From Escherichia coli O127:H6 str. E2348/69 (GTDB taxonomy: Bacteria > Pseudomonadota > Gammaproteobacteria > Enterobacterales > Enterobacteriaceae): 64,000 nt of DNA. The position numbers and the translations under genes were made by a program. Every line of letters starts with the position of its first letter. Within the stretch, counting starts at the first letter, position 1. Location: the NCBI RefSeq assembly GCF_000026545.1, contig NC_011601.1. One strand, written 5' to 3'. Positions 1-14,683 of this stretch are shown here, in pieces. The notes under the pieces are model-generated. The model made no database searches, was not told the DNA's origin, and worked only from the letters and a program-made list of their open reading frames with translations.

Positions 1-642
1 CTCTTTTTCCGCCAGCTCTGAGCGCAAGCGCGCTAATTCCTGGCGGTTATTGGCAGATAGCTGCGCCAGCTCCAGTTCATCAACGAGCGCTTTCAGACGT
101 GCGGAGTCAGACTGCAACGCGAAATTTTGTGCCTGATTGAGCGGGGTATTGCCGGTAAGCGTCCCCAGGCGGCGTTCGATTTCATTCAACTGACGGCGGG
201 CATCGGTTTGCTGTTGCGGCAGTTGATTCAACGAATCGGCAATCTCGCGGGCGCGCTCCTGCTCTTGCTGGGCCTGACGGCTTTTATCCAGCAACTGACT
301 GCTGATCTGGAGAATTTCCTGATTCAGCGCATCGTTAGACATTCCCGGCGACACGCTGCGTGGCTCGTCACGCATGTTGTTTAACTGCGCGCGCAGAGTG
401 GCGGAAAGTTTCGGATAATTATCAATGACTTCTTGATATTGCTTGATGCGCTCAAGGGAACCTTTTCGTTCCTCAAGCGCATTTAAGGCAGACTGGAGTG
501 CCTCTACGACTTCCGGCTGCGCAGGTTTCGCCGCTTTTGCCTGCTCCAGTTCCTGGGTGATTTGTTTGCTATCGGGGGCCGTCGCGGCGTACGCCCCCCA
601 ACTGAGGCACCAGGCCATCAGAAAAGTGATAATCAGGCGCAC
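1..642 (-). CDS. mscM: Mechanosensitive channel MscM (YjeP), N-terminal part; gene continues beyond window start
   Basis: Minus-strand translation from GTG at 642 reads MRLIITFLMAWCLSWGAYAATAPDSKQITQELEQ (signal peptide plus coiled-coil N-terminus), recognised as MscM; sits 21 bp downstream of psd as in the psd-mscM operon. Confidence 0.8.
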   Translation of the reverse strand, partial: MRLIITFLMAWCLSWGAYAATAPDSKQITQELEQAKAAKPAQPEVVEALQSALNALEERKGSLERIKQYQEVIDNYPKLSATLRAQLNNMRDEPRSVSPGMSNDALNQEILQISSQLLDKSRQAQQEQERAREIADSLNQLPQQQTDARRQLNEIERRLGTLTGNTPLNQAQNFALQSDSARLKALVDELELAQLSANNRQELARLRSELAEKE

Positions 643-663
643 GTCAGCGTTTCCTTTGATGGA

Positions 664-1632
664 TTAGACCTGGTCTTTTTTATCGTCAATCAATGGGCTG
701 GCGTCGTGTTCTGCCTCGATTTCTTCAGCAGGAAGCGGGGCTGGTTCAGCATCTGGCGTAACAAAGGTTTCGGTAGATACTGCCAGCGGCTGGCCAATTT
801 TCGTGACAGACAGGCTTTCCAGTTGCTCAACCAGGTCCACTTTACCTGGTGCAAACAGGTTGATAACGGTAGAGCCTAGTTTAAAGCGACCCATTTCCTG
901 GCCTTTCAGCAGTGCCACAGAACCGTCGTTTTCCCCGGCAGGCCAGGTCCAGCGCTTGATGATGCCTTCGCGCGGCGGCGTAATGGTGCCCGCCCATACC
1001 GTCTCAATGCTGCCTACAATCGTCGCACCGACCAGAATCTGCGCCATCGGGCCAAATTCGGTATCGAACAGGCAGATCACGCGTTCGTTACGGGCAAACA
1101 GATTCGGCACGTTCTGAGCCGTGAGATGGTTAACGGAGAAGAGATCGCCCGGCACGTAGATCATTTCACGCAGAATACCGTTGCACGGCATGTGTACGCG
1201 GTGGTAGTCACGTGGGGAGAGGTAAGTGGTCACAAACGTACCGTTACGGAAGAGATCCGCCATCAGATAGTTGCCTGCCAGCAGGGCTTCGAGGCTGTAG
1301 TTGTGGCCTTTGGCTTGCAGGATTTTATCTTCTTCGATTTTGCCCAACTGGCTGATAACGCCATCGGCAGGCATAACCAGTACATTCGGATCGGTATCGA
1401 TTGGGCGTACTTCGTCACGCAGCGGACGGACAAAGAATTCGTTAAAGGTGCGGTAGCTGGCGGTATCCGGCTTTTGCGCCTCTTTCATGTCGACCTTGTA
1501 GTATTTAACGAACAGATCGATAACCAGTTTTGTCAGCCATCCTGCCCGCTTGCTTGCGCCCCAACCCGCCAGGCGAGTAAGCCATAGTTTCGGCAGAATG
1601 TACTGTAGCGAAAGTTTAAATGAATTTAACAA
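664..1632 (-). CDS. psd: Phosphatidylserine decarboxylase proenzyme
   Basis: 322-aa ORF; contains the LGST self-cleavage motif; full-length match to recalled Psd. Confidence 0.93.
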   Translation of the reverse strand: MLNSFKLSLQYILPKLWLTRLAGWGASKRAGWLTKLVIDLFVKYYKVDMKEAQKPDTASYRTFNEFFVRPLRDEVRPIDTDPNVLVMPADGVISQLGKIEEDKILQAKGHNYSLEALLAGNYLMADLFRNGTFVTTYLSPRDYHRVHMPCNGILREMIYVPGDLFSVNHLTAQNVPNLFARNERVICLFDTEFGPMAQILVGATIVGSIETVWAGTITPPREGIIKRWTWPAGENDGSVALLKGQEMGRFKLGSTVINLFAPGKVDLVEQLESLSVTKIGQPLAVSTETFVTPDAEPAPLPAEEIEAEHDASPLIDDKKDQV

Positions 1633-1728
1633 GGTAGCCTCCAGGCCATTGTTTTGTCGTTCCTGATCCGGCCTACATGCCGGATCCTGAAAAAAAGGGG
1701 ACGATTCTAACGACGGTTAGCTTAATTG

Positions 1729-2781
1729 TCAGTCATCCGTATCAGAAAAGTTTTTACGCGTTTTTACCTGCGCCATGCTTTCCAGAATACGGTGATAGTT
1801 TTCGAAACGGGTTTCCGCGATTTTCCCTTCCTCAACCGCTTCCCGGATAGCGCAGCCCGGATCGGTATCGTGTTTGCAATCGCGATATTTACACAGACCT
1901 AAATAGTCATGGAATTCGACAAAGCCCTGAGTGATTTGTTCCGGCTCCAGGTGCCAGAGACCAAACTCACGCACACCTGGGGAATCAATCACATCACCGC
2001 CGTGCGGGAAGTGATACAGTCGTGCGGCGGTCGTGGTGTGCTGACCAAGCCCCGAGTTGTCAGAGACATCGTTGGTCAGGATCTCTTTTTGCAGCCCCAG
2101 CAACGCGTTCAGCAGGCTGGATTTGCCAACGCCAGACTGCCCGGCAAAAATGCTGATGCGCCCGGTCAACGCCTCTTCCAGCGGTTTCAGCCCATCCTGA
2201 GTATGACTTGAAACCATCAATACGCGATAACCGATATTGCGGTAGATATCCATCTGCTCGTTGACGAACTCCATGCCTTCGTCGTCCAGCAGGTCTATCT
2301 TGTTGAGCACAATAATCGGCTCAATCTGCAAGGTTTCGCAGGCCACCAGGTAACGGTCGATAATATTGAGCGACAGCTCCGGCAAAATGGCGGAGACAAT
2401 GACAATCTGGTCGATGTTGGCAGCAATAGGTTTCACACCGTCGTAAAAATCCGGGCGCGTCAACACTGAGGTGCGCTCATGCACCGCTTCCACGATCCCT
2501 TTGACATTTACGCCTTCCGCCGCCGGTTTACCCGGACGCCAGACTACGCGGTCGCCGGTCACCAACGAACGGATGGTACGGCGAATATTGCAGCGGTGAA
2601 CGTCGCCATCGGCGGATTCCACATCAGCGTGCATACCAAAGCGGCTGATGACGATACCTTCATCAGGCTCGCCAAACAGATTGTCGTCGTAGTCGGGCTT
2701 CTCCTTAGACGTTTTAAGACGACGCTGGTGATTGGCGTTCACGCGGCGCTGCTGGCCTTTGGAGAGTTTATTTTTACTCAA
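1729..2781 (-). CDS. rsgA: Ribosome small-subunit-dependent GTPase A
   Basis: ORF 1729..2814; recalled RsgA N-terminus [13 protein letters not shown] corresponds to a TTG start at 2781 (ATG at 2814 is the alternative); P-loop [10 protein letters not shown] present. Confidence 0.88.
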
Positions 2782-2875
2782 TCGTACAGACTCCTGGTCG
2801 CCCCTGATGGGCAAAACATCTATGATACACGCAATTGTGGATCAATATAGTCACTGTGAATGGGTGGAAAATAGC

Positions 2876-3421
2876 ATGAGTGCCAATGAAAACAACCTGA
2901 TTTGGATCGATCTTGAGATGACCGGTCTGGATCCCGAGCGCGATCGCATTATTGAGATTGCCACGCTGGTGACCGATGCCAACCTGAATATTCTGGCAGA
3001 AGGGCCGACCATTGCAGTACATCAGTCCGATGAACAGCTGGCGCTGATGGATGACTGGAACGTGCGCACCCATACCGCCAGCGGGCTGGTAGAGCGTGTG
3101 AAAGCGAGCACGATGGGCGATCGTGAAGCTGAACTGGCAACGCTCGAATTCTTAAAACAGTGGGTGCCTGCGGGAAAATCGCCGATTTGTGGTAACAGCA
3201 TCGGTCAGGACCGTCGCTTCCTGTTTAAATACATGCCGGAGCTGGAAGCCTACTTCCACTACCGCTATCTCGATGTTAGCACCCTGAAAGAGCTGGCGCG
3301 CCGCTGGAAACCGGAAATTCTTGACGGCTTTACCAAGCAGGGGACGCATCAGGCGATGGATGATATCCGTGAATCGGTGGCGGAGTTGGCTTACTACCGC
3401 GAGCATTTTATCAAGCTGTAA
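2876..3421 (+). CDS. orn: Oligoribonuclease
   Basis: ORF 2732..3421; recalled Orn starts [19 protein letters not shown] at the ATG at 2876; DEDDh exonuclease motifs. Confidence 0.92.
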
Positions 3422-3519
3422 AATTTTTCCTGGTCACGTAAGCGCCGGAATCCACTTGCGGCGGCGTGATTTTGACGCCAAATTGAACGTCTTGCTGATA
3501 ATTTCAGCACTTGAGATAA

Positions 3520-3580
3520 AAACTCAAAAAAAATTTTTTAGGGGGGTTGCAGAGGGAAAGATTTCTCGTATAATGCGCCT
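3520..3580 (+). promoter_or_regulatory. Candidate sigma70 promoter of the glyVXY tRNA operon with upstream A/T tract and GC-rich discriminator
   Basis: TTGCAG (3547-3552), 16-bp spacer, TATAAT (3569-3574), then GCGCCTCCC discriminator typical of stringently controlled stable-RNA promoters; A/T-rich tract 3521-3541. Confidence 0.6.
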
Positions 3581-3631
3581 CCCGTAACGACGCAGAAATG
3601 CGAAAATTACGAAAGCAAAATTAAGTAGTAC

Positions 3632-3707
<76 letters not shown>

Positions 3708-3864
3708 AAATTTGAAAAGTGCTGCAAAGCACAGACCACCCAATCGCAGTATTTCGAATTGCGACAAGGCGGCAACTGAACGAATCCTTGGGAGCTTACA
3801 AAAGTAAGTGACTAAGGTGAGTGAAGGCAGCCAAGGCAGTAGCGGTTCGAAAGACGAAGATTAA

Positions 3865-3940
<76 letters not shown>

Positions 3941-3975
3941 AAATTTGAAAGTGCTGTAAAGCACAGACCACCCAA

Positions 3976-4051
<76 letters not shown>

Positions 4052-4059
4052 AATTCTTC

Positions 4060-4320
4060 TCTCAATAAAATATCCACAGCGACGCGATGCGTTATTGCTG
4101 GTTTTTGTTGTCTCTGACAAACTCTTGTAAACAGAGTTATCCACAGCCTCAGGCCGTAATCTTAATTTCAAAGAAACTTCGCACGGTGAATAGTATTTTT
4201 TTAACCTATTGATAGATAAGTTAAAAATTAAGATTTCGTTTTGTCGTATCGATCACTTGACGATTTTTTCCGGCTTGAATTGCAATGCGTTTTTATTTTT
4301 ATTCACAAGCTGTGGATGAA
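4060..4320. promoter_or_regulatory. datA: datA-like DnaA-box cluster (DnaA titration locus) between glyVXY and queG
   Basis: DnaA-box matches to TTATNCACA: ATATCCACA 4070-4078 (8/9), TTATCCACA 4137-4145 (9/9), TTATTCACA 4299-4307 (9/9) and inverted TGTGGATGA 4311-4319 (8/9), with an A/T-rich stretch between; position matches recalled location of datA. Confidence 0.6.
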
Positions 4321-5458
4321 TCAGGCGTCACGCGGTAACCCTTTTTCAATTACCCGAACCAGACGCTGTTTTTTCGGCAATTGCACTTCGACTATGCACG
4401 CATTTCGTCTCTCGATTTGCTGCGCAATCGCCCACGCTATGTGCTCATCAAGAAGTGGGTGCTCACCTTTACGACTTTCCAGCGCTGTCAAAATCGTTTC
4501 ATCCCAGGGGGCATTGCCTAATGCTACGGCGATATTACGCAGCCAACGCAGGTGACCTATACGGCGAATCGCCGAACCTTCCGTGACTTTTAAAAACTTC
4601 TCTTCACTCCAGGCGAATAACTCAATGAGTTCCGGTGCGTGTAGCGGCTTACGCGGGCTGAAATCGTCTTCTGTAGTGAGTTGCGAATAGCGATTCCACG
4701 GGCAGATAAGCTGGCAGTCATCGCAACCGTAAATACGGTTTCCCATTAACGGTCGCAACTCTTCTGGGATCGCCCCTTCCAGTTCGATGGTGAGATAAGA
4801 GATACAGCGGCGAGCATCGACGGTATATGGCTCGACGATGGCACCGGTCGGGCAAATCGTCATACAGGCCACGCATTTACCGCATCCTTCCTCGACTGGT
4901 TGATCCACGGGCAGCGGAATATCGACCAGCAATTCGCCTAAAAAGAAGAACGAACCGGCCTCGCGATTGAGGATAAGTGAGTGCTTACCTGTCCAGCCAA
5001 GACCTGCTTTTTCAGCTAACGGGCGCTCGAGAATAGGCGCAGAATCGACAAACGGTCTAAAATTCAGCGAAACACAATGTTGCTGAATCATCTCGCCCAG
5101 CTTTTTGAGTCGGTTGCGCAGAAGCTTGTGATAGTCACGGCCCAGCGCATAACGGCTAACATAGCCGAGTTTAGGATTTTTCAGTGTGCTGGCAAATGCG
5201 GCGTTAGCAGGAAGGTAATTCATCCGCACGCTGATCACGCGCAGCGTACCGGGCAATAATTCGTGAGGACGAGCACGCAGCATACCGTGACGCGCCATCC
5301 AGTCCATTTCGCCGTGGTATTGTTTGTCCAGCCATGCTTGCAGTTTGGGCTCGGACGCGCTGAGATCGGTATCGGTAATACCTACCTGCTGAAAGCCCAG
5401 TTCCAGCCCCCACTGTTTAATATTTTGCGCTAATTGATTGAGATCGAGGGGCTCTGAC

Positions 5459-5460
<2 letters not shown>
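4321..5460 (-). CDS. queG: Epoxyqueuosine reductase
   Basis: ORF 4321..5568; recalled QueG N-terminus MSEPLDLNQLAQNIKQWGLELGF gives start at 5460; 4Fe-4S ferredoxin Cys motifs (CGKCVACMTICP, CDDCQLICP). Confidence 0.9.
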
Positions 5461-7439
<1,979 letters not shown>

Positions 7440-7457
7440 CCTTTGAAAGGTGGCGGG

Positions 7458-8786
7458 ATGATGTATCGCATCAGAAATTGGTTGGTAGCGACGTTGCTGC
7501 TGCTGTGCGCGCCGGTGGGTGCCGCGACGCTCTCTGATATTCAGGTTTCTAACGGTAATCAACAGGCACGGATAACGTTGAGTTTTATTGGCGATCCTGA
7601 TTATGCGTTTAGCCATCAAAGCAAACGCACCGTGGCGCTCGATATCAAACAAACGGGGGTAATTCAGGGGCTGCCGTTGTTGTTTAGCGGCAATAATCTG
7701 GTGAAGGCGATTCGCTCTGGAACGCCTAAAGATGCACAAACGCTACGGCTGGTGGTCGATCTTACCGAAAATGGTAAAACCGAAGCGGTGAAGCGGCAGA
7801 ATGGCAGCAATTACACTGTCGTCTTTACGATTAACGCAGATGTGCCACCGCCGCCGCCCGTGGTTGCGAAACGCGTTGAAACGCCTGCGGTTGTCGCACC
7901 GCGCGTCAGCGAACCGGCGCGCAATCCGTTTAAAACGGAAAGTAACCGCACTACGGGTGTTATCAGCAGTAATACGGTAACGCGTCCGGCAGCGCGCGCG
8001 ACGGCTAACACAGGCGATAAAATTATCATCGCTATTGATGCCGGACACGGCGGTCAGGACCCTGGCGCTATCGGCCCTGGTGGTACACGGGAGAAAAATG
8101 TCACCATCGCCATTGCGCGTAAATTACGTACCTTGCTCAATAACGATCCGATGTTTAAGGGCGTTTTAACCCGTGACGGGGATTACTTTATCTCGGTGAT
8201 GGGGCGCAGTGATGTGGCACGTAAGCAAAACGCCAATTTCCTTGTGTCGATTCATGCCGATGCCGCACCAAACCGTAGTGCCACCGGTGCCTCTGTATGG
8301 GTGCTCTCTAACCGTCGCGCCAACAGCGAAATGGCCAGCTGGCTGGAGCAGCACGAGAAACAGTCGGAGCTACTGGGCGGAGCGGGCGATGTGCTGGCGA
8401 ACAGTCAGTCTGACCCCTATTTAAGCCAGGCGGTGCTGGATTTACAGTTCGGTCATTCCCAGCGGGTAGGGTATGATGTAGCGACCAGTATGATCAGTCA
8501 GTTGCAACGCATTGGCGAAATACATAAACGCCGACCAGAACACGCGAGTCTCGGCGTTCTGCGTTCGCCGGATATTCCGTCAGTACTGGTCGAAACCGGT
8601 TTTATCAGTAACAACAGCGAAGAACGTTTGCTGGCGAGCGACGATTACCAACAACAGCTGGCAGAAGCCATTTACAAAGGCCTGCGCAATTACTTCCTTG
8701 CGCATCCGATGCAATCTGCGCCGCAGGGTGCAACGGCACAAACGGCCAGTACGGTGACGACGCCAGATCGCACGCTGCCAAACTAA
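7458..8786 (+). CDS. amiB: N-acetylmuramoyl-L-alanine amidase AmiB
   Basis: ORF 7443..8786; signal peptide [22 protein letters not shown]; amidase_3 domain ([14 protein letters not shown]). Confidence 0.92.
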   Translation: MMYRIRNWLVATLLLLCAPVGAATLSDIQVSNGNQQARITLSFIGDPDYAFSHQSKRTVALDIKQTGVIQGLPLLFSGNNLVKAIRSGTPKDAQTLRLVVDLTENGKTEAVKRQNGSNYTVVFTINADVPPPPPVVAKRVETPAVVAPRVSEPARNPFKTESNRTTGVISSNTVTRPAARATANTGDKIIIAIDAGHGGQDPGAIGPGGTREKNVTIAIARKLRTLLNNDPMFKGVLTRDGDYFISVMGRSDVARKQNANFLVSIHADAAPNRSATGASVWVLSNRRANSEMASWLEQHEKQSELLGGAGDVLANSQSDPYLSQAVLDLQFGHSQRVGYDVATSMISQLQRIGEIHKRRPEHASLGVLRSPDIPSVLVETGFISNNSEERLLASDDYQQQLAEAIYKGLRNYFLAHPMQSAPQGATAQTASTVTTPDRTLPN

Positions 8787-8795
8787 GGACGATTG

Positions 8796-10643
8796 ATGCC
8801 AATTCAGGTCTTACCGCCACAACTGGCGAACCAGATTGCCGCAGGTGAGGTGGTCGAGCGACCTGCGTCGGTAGTCAAAGAACTGGTGGAAAACAGCCTC
8901 GATGCAGGTGCGACGCGTATCGATATTGATATCGAACGCGGTGGGGCGAAACTTATCCGCATTCGTGATAACGGCTGCGGTATCAAAAAAGATGAGCTGG
9001 CGCTGGCGCTGGCTCGTCATGCCACCAGTAAAATCGCCTCTCTGGACGATCTCGAAGCCATTATCAGCCTGGGCTTTCGCGGTGAGGCGCTGGCGAGTAT
9101 CAGTTCGGTTTCCCGCCTGACGCTCACTTCACGTACCGCAGAACAGCAGGAAGCCTGGCAGGCCTATGCCGAAGGGCGCGATATGGACGTGACGGTAAAA
9201 CCGGCGGCGCATCCTGTGGGGACGACGCTGGAGGTGCTGGATCTGTTCTACAACACCCCGGCGCGGCGCAAATTCCTGCGCACCGAGAAAACCGAATTTA
9301 ACCACATTGATGAGATCATTCGCCGCATTGCGCTGGCGCGTTTCGACGTCACGATCAACCTGTCGCATAACGGTAAAATTGTGCGTCAGTACCGCGCAGT
9401 GCCGGAAGGCGGGCAAAAAGAACGGCGCTTAGGCGCGATTTGCGGCACCGCTTTTCTCGAACAAGCGCTGGCGATTGAATGGCAACACGGCGATCTCACG
9501 TTGCGCGGCTGGGTGGCCGATCCGAATCACACCACGCCCGCACTGGCGGAAATTCAGTATTGCTACGTGAATGGTCGCATGATGCGCGATCGCCTGATCA
9601 ATCATGCGATCCGCCAGGCCTGCGAAGACAAACTGGGGGCCGATCAACAACCGGCGTTTGTGTTGTATCTGGAGATCGACCCGCATCAGGTGGACGTCAA
9701 CGTACACCCCGCCAAACACGAAGTGCGTTTCCATCAGTCGCGTCTGGTGCATGATTTTATCTATCAGGGCGTACTGAGCGTGCTACAACAGCAACTGGAA
9801 ACGCCGCTACCGCTGGACGATGAACCCCAACCTGCACCGCGTGCTATTCCGGAAAACCGCGTGGCGGCGGGGCGCAATCATTTTGCTGAACCGGCAGTTC
9901 GTGAGCCAGTAGCTCCGCTTTACACTCCTGCGCCCGCCTCAGGCAGTCGTCCGGCTGCCCCCTGGCCGAATGCGCAGCCAGGTTACCAGAAACAGCAAGG
10001 TGAAGTGTATCGCCAGCTTTTGCAAACGCCCGCGCCGATGCAAAAACCAAAAGCGCCAGAACCGCAGGAACCTGCACTTGCGGCGAACAGTCAGAGTTTT
10101 GGTCGGGTACTGACTATCGTCCATTCCGACTGTGCGTTGCTTGAGCTCGACGGCAACATTTCACTTTTAGCCTTGCCAGTGGCAGAACGTTGGCTGCGTC
10201 AGGCACAATTGACGCCGGGTGAAGCGCCCGTTTGCGCCCAGCCGCTGCTGATTCCGCTGCGGCTAAAAGTTTCTGGCGAAGAAAAATCTGCATTAGAAAA
10301 AGCGCAGTCTGCCCTGGCGGAATTGGGTATTGATTTCCAGTCCGATGCGCAGCATGTGACCATCAGGGCCGTGCCTTTACCCTTACGCCAACAAAATTTA
10401 CAAATCTTGATTCCTGAACTGATAGGCTACCTGGCGAAGCAGTCCGTATTCGAACCTGGCAATATTGCGCAGTGGATTGCACGAAATCTGATGAGCGAAC
10501 ATGCGCAGTGGTCAATGGCGCAGGCCATAACCCTGCTGGCGGACGTGGAACGGTTATGTCCGCAACTTGTGAAAACGCCGCCGGGTGGTCTGTTACAATC
10601 TGTTGATTTACATCCGGCGATAAAAGCCCTGAAAGATGAGTGA
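8796..10643 (+). CDS. mutL: DNA mismatch repair protein MutL
   Basis: GHKL ATPase N-terminus [38 protein letters not shown]; ~615 aa. Confidence 0.95.
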   Translation: MPIQVLPPQLANQIAAGEVVERPASVVKELVENSLDAGATRIDIDIERGGAKLIRIRDNGCGIKKDELALALARHATSKIASLDDLEAIISLGFRGEALASISSVSRLTLTSRTAEQQEAWQAYAEGRDMDVTVKPAAHPVGTTLEVLDLFYNTPARRKFLRTEKTEFNHIDEIIRRIALARFDVTINLSHNGKIVRQYRAVPEGGQKERRLGAICGTAFLEQALAIEWQHGDLTLRGWVADPNHTTPALAEIQYCYVNGRMMRDRLINHAIRQACEDKLGADQQPAFVLYLEIDPHQVDVNVHPAKHEVRFHQSRLVHDFIYQGVLSVLQQQLETPLPLDDEPQPAPRAIPENRVAAGRNHFAEPAVREPVAPLYTPAPASGSRPAAPWPNAQPGYQKQQGEVYRQLLQTPAPMQKPKAPEPQEPALAANSQSFGRVLTIVHSDCALLELDGNISLLALPVAERWLRQAQLTPGEAPVCAQPLLIPLRLKVSGEEKSALEKAQSALAELGIDFQSDAQHVTIRAVPLPLRQQNLQILIPELIGYLAKQSVFEPGNIAQWIARNLMSEHAQWSMAQAITLLADVERLCPQLVKTPPGGLLQSVDLHPAIKALKDE

Positions 10644-11586
10644 TATCAGTAAGGCGAGCCTGCCTAAGGCGATTTTTTTGATGGGGCCGACGGCCTCCGG
10701 TAAAACGGCGTTAGCCATTGAGCTGCGTAAAATTTTACCAGTAGAGTTGATAAGCGTTGATTCTGCCCTTATTTACAAAGGGATGGATATCGGGACGGCG
10801 AAGCCGAACGTTGAAGAGTTACTCGCCGCGCCGCACCGATTGCTGGATATTCGCGATCCGTCGCAGGCTTACTCGGCTGCTGATTTTCGCCGCGATGCGC
10901 TGGCGGAAATGGCCGATATCACCGCGGCGGGGCGGATCCCACTGTTAGTGGGCGGTACGATGTTGTATTTCAAGGCATTGCTGGAAGGGTTGTCGCCGCT
11001 ACCGTCGGCAGACCCGGAAGTGCGGGCCAGAATTGAGCAACAGGCGGCAGAGCAAGGTTGGGAGTCATTGCATCGTCAACTTCAGGAGGTAGATCCGGTT
11101 GCGGCAGCAAGGATTCATCCAAATGATCCACAAAGGCTTTCCCGGGCACTGGAAGTTTTTTTCATTTCGGGTAAAACTTTAACGGAACTGACGCAAACGT
11201 CAGGAGACGCTCTACCGTATCAGGTGCATCAGTTCGCCATCGCCCCGGCGAGCCGTGAACTGCTCCATCAACGAATTGAGCAGCGTTTTCATCAGATGTT
11301 GGCTTCAGGTTTTGAAGCAGAAGTCCGGGCGCTTTTTGCCCGAGGAGATTTGCATACGGACTTGCCTTCCATTCGTTGCGTGGGATATCGCCAGATGTGG
11401 TCTTACCTTGAAGGCGAAATCTCATACGATGAAATGGTTTATCGAGGTGTTTGCGCCACGAGACAGTTGGCGAAGCGGCAGATAACCTGGCTGCGTGGTT
11501 GGGAAGGGGTTCACTGGCTTGACAGTGAAAAACCAGAACAGGCGCGTGATGAAGTATTACAGGTTGTTGGTGCTATCGCAGGCTGA
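10636..11586 (+). CDS. miaA: tRNA dimethylallyltransferase
   Basis: 316-aa ORF, P-loop GPTASGKT; overlaps mutL stop by 8 nt. Confidence 0.95.
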   Translation: MSDISKASLPKAIFLMGPTASGKTALAIELRKILPVELISVDSALIYKGMDIGTAKPNVEELLAAPHRLLDIRDPSQAYSAADFRRDALAEMADITAAGRIPLLVGGTMLYFKALLEGLSPLPSADPEVRARIEQQAAEQGWESLHRQLQEVDPVAAARIHPNDPQRLSRALEVFFISGKTLTELTQTSGDALPYQVHQFAIAPASRELLHQRIEQRFHQMLASGFEAEVRALFARGDLHTDLPSIRCVGYRQMWSYLEGEISYDEMVYRGVCATRQLAKRQITWLRGWEGVHWLDSEKPEQARDEVLQVVGAIAG

Positions 11587-11659
11587 ATGTGTACAATTGA
11601 GACGTATCGTGCGCAATTTTTTCAGAATCGAAAGGTTCAAAGTACAAATAAGCATATAA

Positions 11660-11980
<321 letters not shown>

Positions 11981-12055
11981 GGTTTCGGGCTGTTTTTTTA
12001 CACGGGGAGCCAGCGATCCTGCGTTCCCCGCTGATCTATTTAGAGGGTTATACGC

Positions 12056-13336
12056 TTGTTTGACCGTTATGATGCTGGTGAGCAGGCGGTACTGGTACAC
12101 ATCTATTTTACGCAAGACAAAGATATGGAAGACCTCCAGGAGTTTGAATCTCTGGTCTCTTCCGCCGGTGTCGAAGCATTGCAGGTGATTACCGGTAGCC
12201 GTAAAGCGCCGCACCCAAAGTATTTTGTAGGTGAAGGTAAAGCAGTTGAAATTGCGGAAGCCGTAAAAGCGACGGGAGCTTCGGTCGTTCTTTTTGACCA
12301 TGCCCTGAGCCCGGCGCAGGAGCGTAACCTGGAGCGTTTGTGCGAGTGTCGTGTCATCGACCGCACCGGCCTTATTTTAGATATTTTCGCCCAACGTGCG
12401 CGTACCCATGAGGGTAAGTTGCAGGTTGAGCTGGCGCAGTTGCGCCATCTGGCTACGCGCCTGGTGCGTGGCTGGACCCACCTTGAAAGACAGAAAGGCG
12501 GGATTGGTTTGCGTGGTCCGGGTGAAACCCAGCTCGAAACCGACCGTCGTTTGTTGCGTAATCGCATCGTGCAGATACAGTCGCGCCTGGAAAGAGTTGA
12601 AAAGCAGCGTGAGCAGGGGCGGCAATCGCGTATCAAAGCCGACGTTCCTACTGTTTCGCTGGTGGGATATACCAACGCCGGTAAATCTACCCTTTTCAAT
12701 CGCATCACCGAAGCGCGGGTCTACGCGGCAGACCAGTTGTTTGCCACCCTCGACCCGACGTTGCGGCGTATTGACGTTGCGGATGTCGGTGAAACCGTGT
12801 TGGCAGATACCGTAGGGTTTATTCGCCACCTGCCGCACGATCTGGTGGCGGCATTTAAAGCCACGTTACAAGAGACGCGGCAAGCCACATTGCTGCTGCA
12901 CGTCATTGACGCGGCGGATGTGCGTGTACAAGAAAACATCGAAGCGGTGAATACGGTTCTTGAAGAGATTGATGCTCACGAGATCCCAACCCTGCTGGTG
13001 ATGAACAAGATCGATATGCTGGACGATTTCGAACCGCGTATTGACAGAGATGAAGAGAACAAACCGATCCGTGTCTGGCTTTCCGCACAGACCGGAGCGG
13101 GGATACCACAGCTTTTTCAGGCTTTGACGGAGCGGCTTTCCGGCGAGGTGGCGCAGCATACATTGCGTCTGCCGCCGCAGGAAGGGCGTCTGAGAAGTCG
13201 TTTTTATCAGCTTCAGGCAATAGAAAAAGAGTGGATGGAGGAGGACGGCAGCGTAAGTCTGCAAGTTCGTATGCCGATCGTTGACTGGCGTCGCCTCTGT
13301 AAACAAGAACCGGCGTTGATCGATTACCTGATCTAA
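12056..13336 (+). CDS. hflX: GTPase HflX
   Basis: 426-aa ORF; G-domain motifs GYTNAGKST and DTVGF. Confidence 0.94.
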   Translation: MFDRYDAGEQAVLVHIYFTQDKDMEDLQEFESLVSSAGVEALQVITGSRKAPHPKYFVGEGKAVEIAEAVKATGASVVLFDHALSPAQERNLERLCECRVIDRTGLILDIFAQRARTHEGKLQVELAQLRHLATRLVRGWTHLERQKGGIGLRGPGETQLETDRRLLRNRIVQIQSRLERVEKQREQGRQSRIKADVPTVSLVGYTNAGKSTLFNRITEARVYAADQLFATLDPTLRRIDVADVGETVLADTVGFIRHLPHDLVAAFKATLQETRQATLLLHVIDAADVRVQENIEAVNTVLEEIDAHEIPTLLVMNKIDMLDDFEPRIDRDEENKPIRVWLSAQTGAGIPQLFQALTERLSGEVAQHTLRLPPQEGRLRSRFYQLQAIEKEWMEEDGSVSLQVRMPIVDWRRLCKQEPALIDYLI

Positions 13337-13421
13337 CGGCGTAGCGTCTGAAGCGTGGAGTCATATCCTCTGGCGTCGAAAGACAACAGGGATCACCGCA
13401 TAACAAATATGGAGCACAAAC

Positions 13422-14681
13422 ATGGCGTGGAATCAGCCCGGTAATAACGGACAAGACCGCGACCCGTGGGGAAGCAGCAAACCTGGCGGCAACTCTGAGG
13501 GAAATGGAAACAAAGGCGGTCGCGATCAAGGGCCACCTGATTTAGATGATATCTTCCGCAAACTGAGCAAAAAGCTCGGTGGTCTGGGCGGCGGTAAAGG
13601 CACCGGATCTGGCGGTGGCAGTTCATCGCAAGGCCCGCGCCCGCAGCTTGGCGGTCGCGTCGTTACCATCGCAGCGGCAGCGATTGTCATTATCTGGGCG
13701 GCCAGTGGTTTCTATACCATTAAAGAAGCCGAACGCGGCGTGGTAACACGCTTTGGTAAATTCAGCCATCTGGTTGAGCCGGGTCTGAACTGGAAACCGA
13801 CGTTTATTGACGAAGTCAAACCGGTGAACGTGGAAGCCGTGCGTGAACTGGCAGCTTCTGGTGTGATGCTGACGTCGGACGAGAACGTAGTGCGCGTTGA
13901 GATGAACGTGCAGTACCGCGTCACCGATCCGGAAAAATATCTGTATAGCGTGACCAGCCCGGATGACAGCCTGCGTCAGGCTACCGACAGCGCCCTGCGC
14001 GGGGTTATCGGTAAATACACCATGGACCGCATTCTGACGGAAGGTCGTACCGTGATTCGTAGCGATACTCAGCGCGAACTGGAAGAGACGATTCGTCCGT
14101 ATGACATGGGCATCACTCTGCTGGACGTCAACTTCCAGGCAGCTCGTCCGCCGGAAGAAGTAAAAGCGGCGTTTGACGATGCGATTGCCGCGCGTGAAAA
14201 CGAACAGCAATACATTCGTGAAGCAGAAGCGTATACCAACGAAGTTCAGCCGCGTGCGAACGGTCAGGCGCAACGTATCCTCGAAGAGGCGCGTGCGTAC
14301 AAGGCCCAGACCATCCTGGAAGCTCAGGGTGAAGTGGCGCGCTTTGCTAAACTTCTGCCGGAATATAAAGCCGCGCCGGAAATTACTCGCGAGCGTCTGT
14401 ATATCGAGACGATGGAAAAAGTGTTGGGCAACACCCGCAAAGTGCTGGTTAACGATAAAGGTGGCAACCTGATGGTTCTGCCGTTAGACCAGATGCTGAA
14501 AGGGGGTAACGCCCCTGCGGCGAAGAGCGATAACGGTGCCAGCAATCTGCTGCGCCTGCCGCCAGCCTCTTCCACCACAACCAGTGGAGCAAGCAACACG
14601 TCGTCCACCAGTCAGGGCGATATTATGGACCAACGCCGCGCCAACGCGCAGCGTAACGACTACCAGCGTCAGGGGGAATAA
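13422..14681 (+). CDS. hflK: FtsH modulator HflK (SPFH/band-7)
   Basis: 419-aa ORF; Gly-rich N-terminus, one TM segment, SPFH domain. Confidence 0.94.
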   Translation: MAWNQPGNNGQDRDPWGSSKPGGNSEGNGNKGGRDQGPPDLDDIFRKLSKKLGGLGGGKGTGSGGGSSSQGPRPQLGGRVVTIAAAAIVIIWAASGFYTIKEAERGVVTRFGKFSHLVEPGLNWKPTFIDEVKPVNVEAVRELAASGVMLTSDENVVRVEMNVQYRVTDPEKYLYSVTSPDDSLRQATDSALRGVIGKYTMDRILTEGRTVIRSDTQRELEETIRPYDMGITLLDVNFQAARPPEEVKAAFDDAIAARENEQQYIREAEAYTNEVQPRANGQAQRILEEARAYKAQTILEAQGEVARFAKLLPEYKAAPEITRERLYIETMEKVLGNTRKVLVNDKGGNLMVLPLDQMLKGGNAPAAKSDNGASNLLRLPPASSTTTSGASNTSSTSQGDIMDQRRANAQRNDYQRQGE

Positions 14682-14683
14682 CG

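Noticed and set aside
7843-7860. Short poly-proline tract in AmiB (DVPPPPPVV)
   Set aside because: In-frame low-complexity linker whose length plausibly varies between strains; ordinary polymorphism
12103-12708. 201-aa and other antisense/alternate-frame ORFs inside hflX (also 12377-12838, 12903-13529)
   Set aside because: Overlap a well-supported GTPase gene; compositionally biased (Arg/Ser/Cys-rich) translations without motifs
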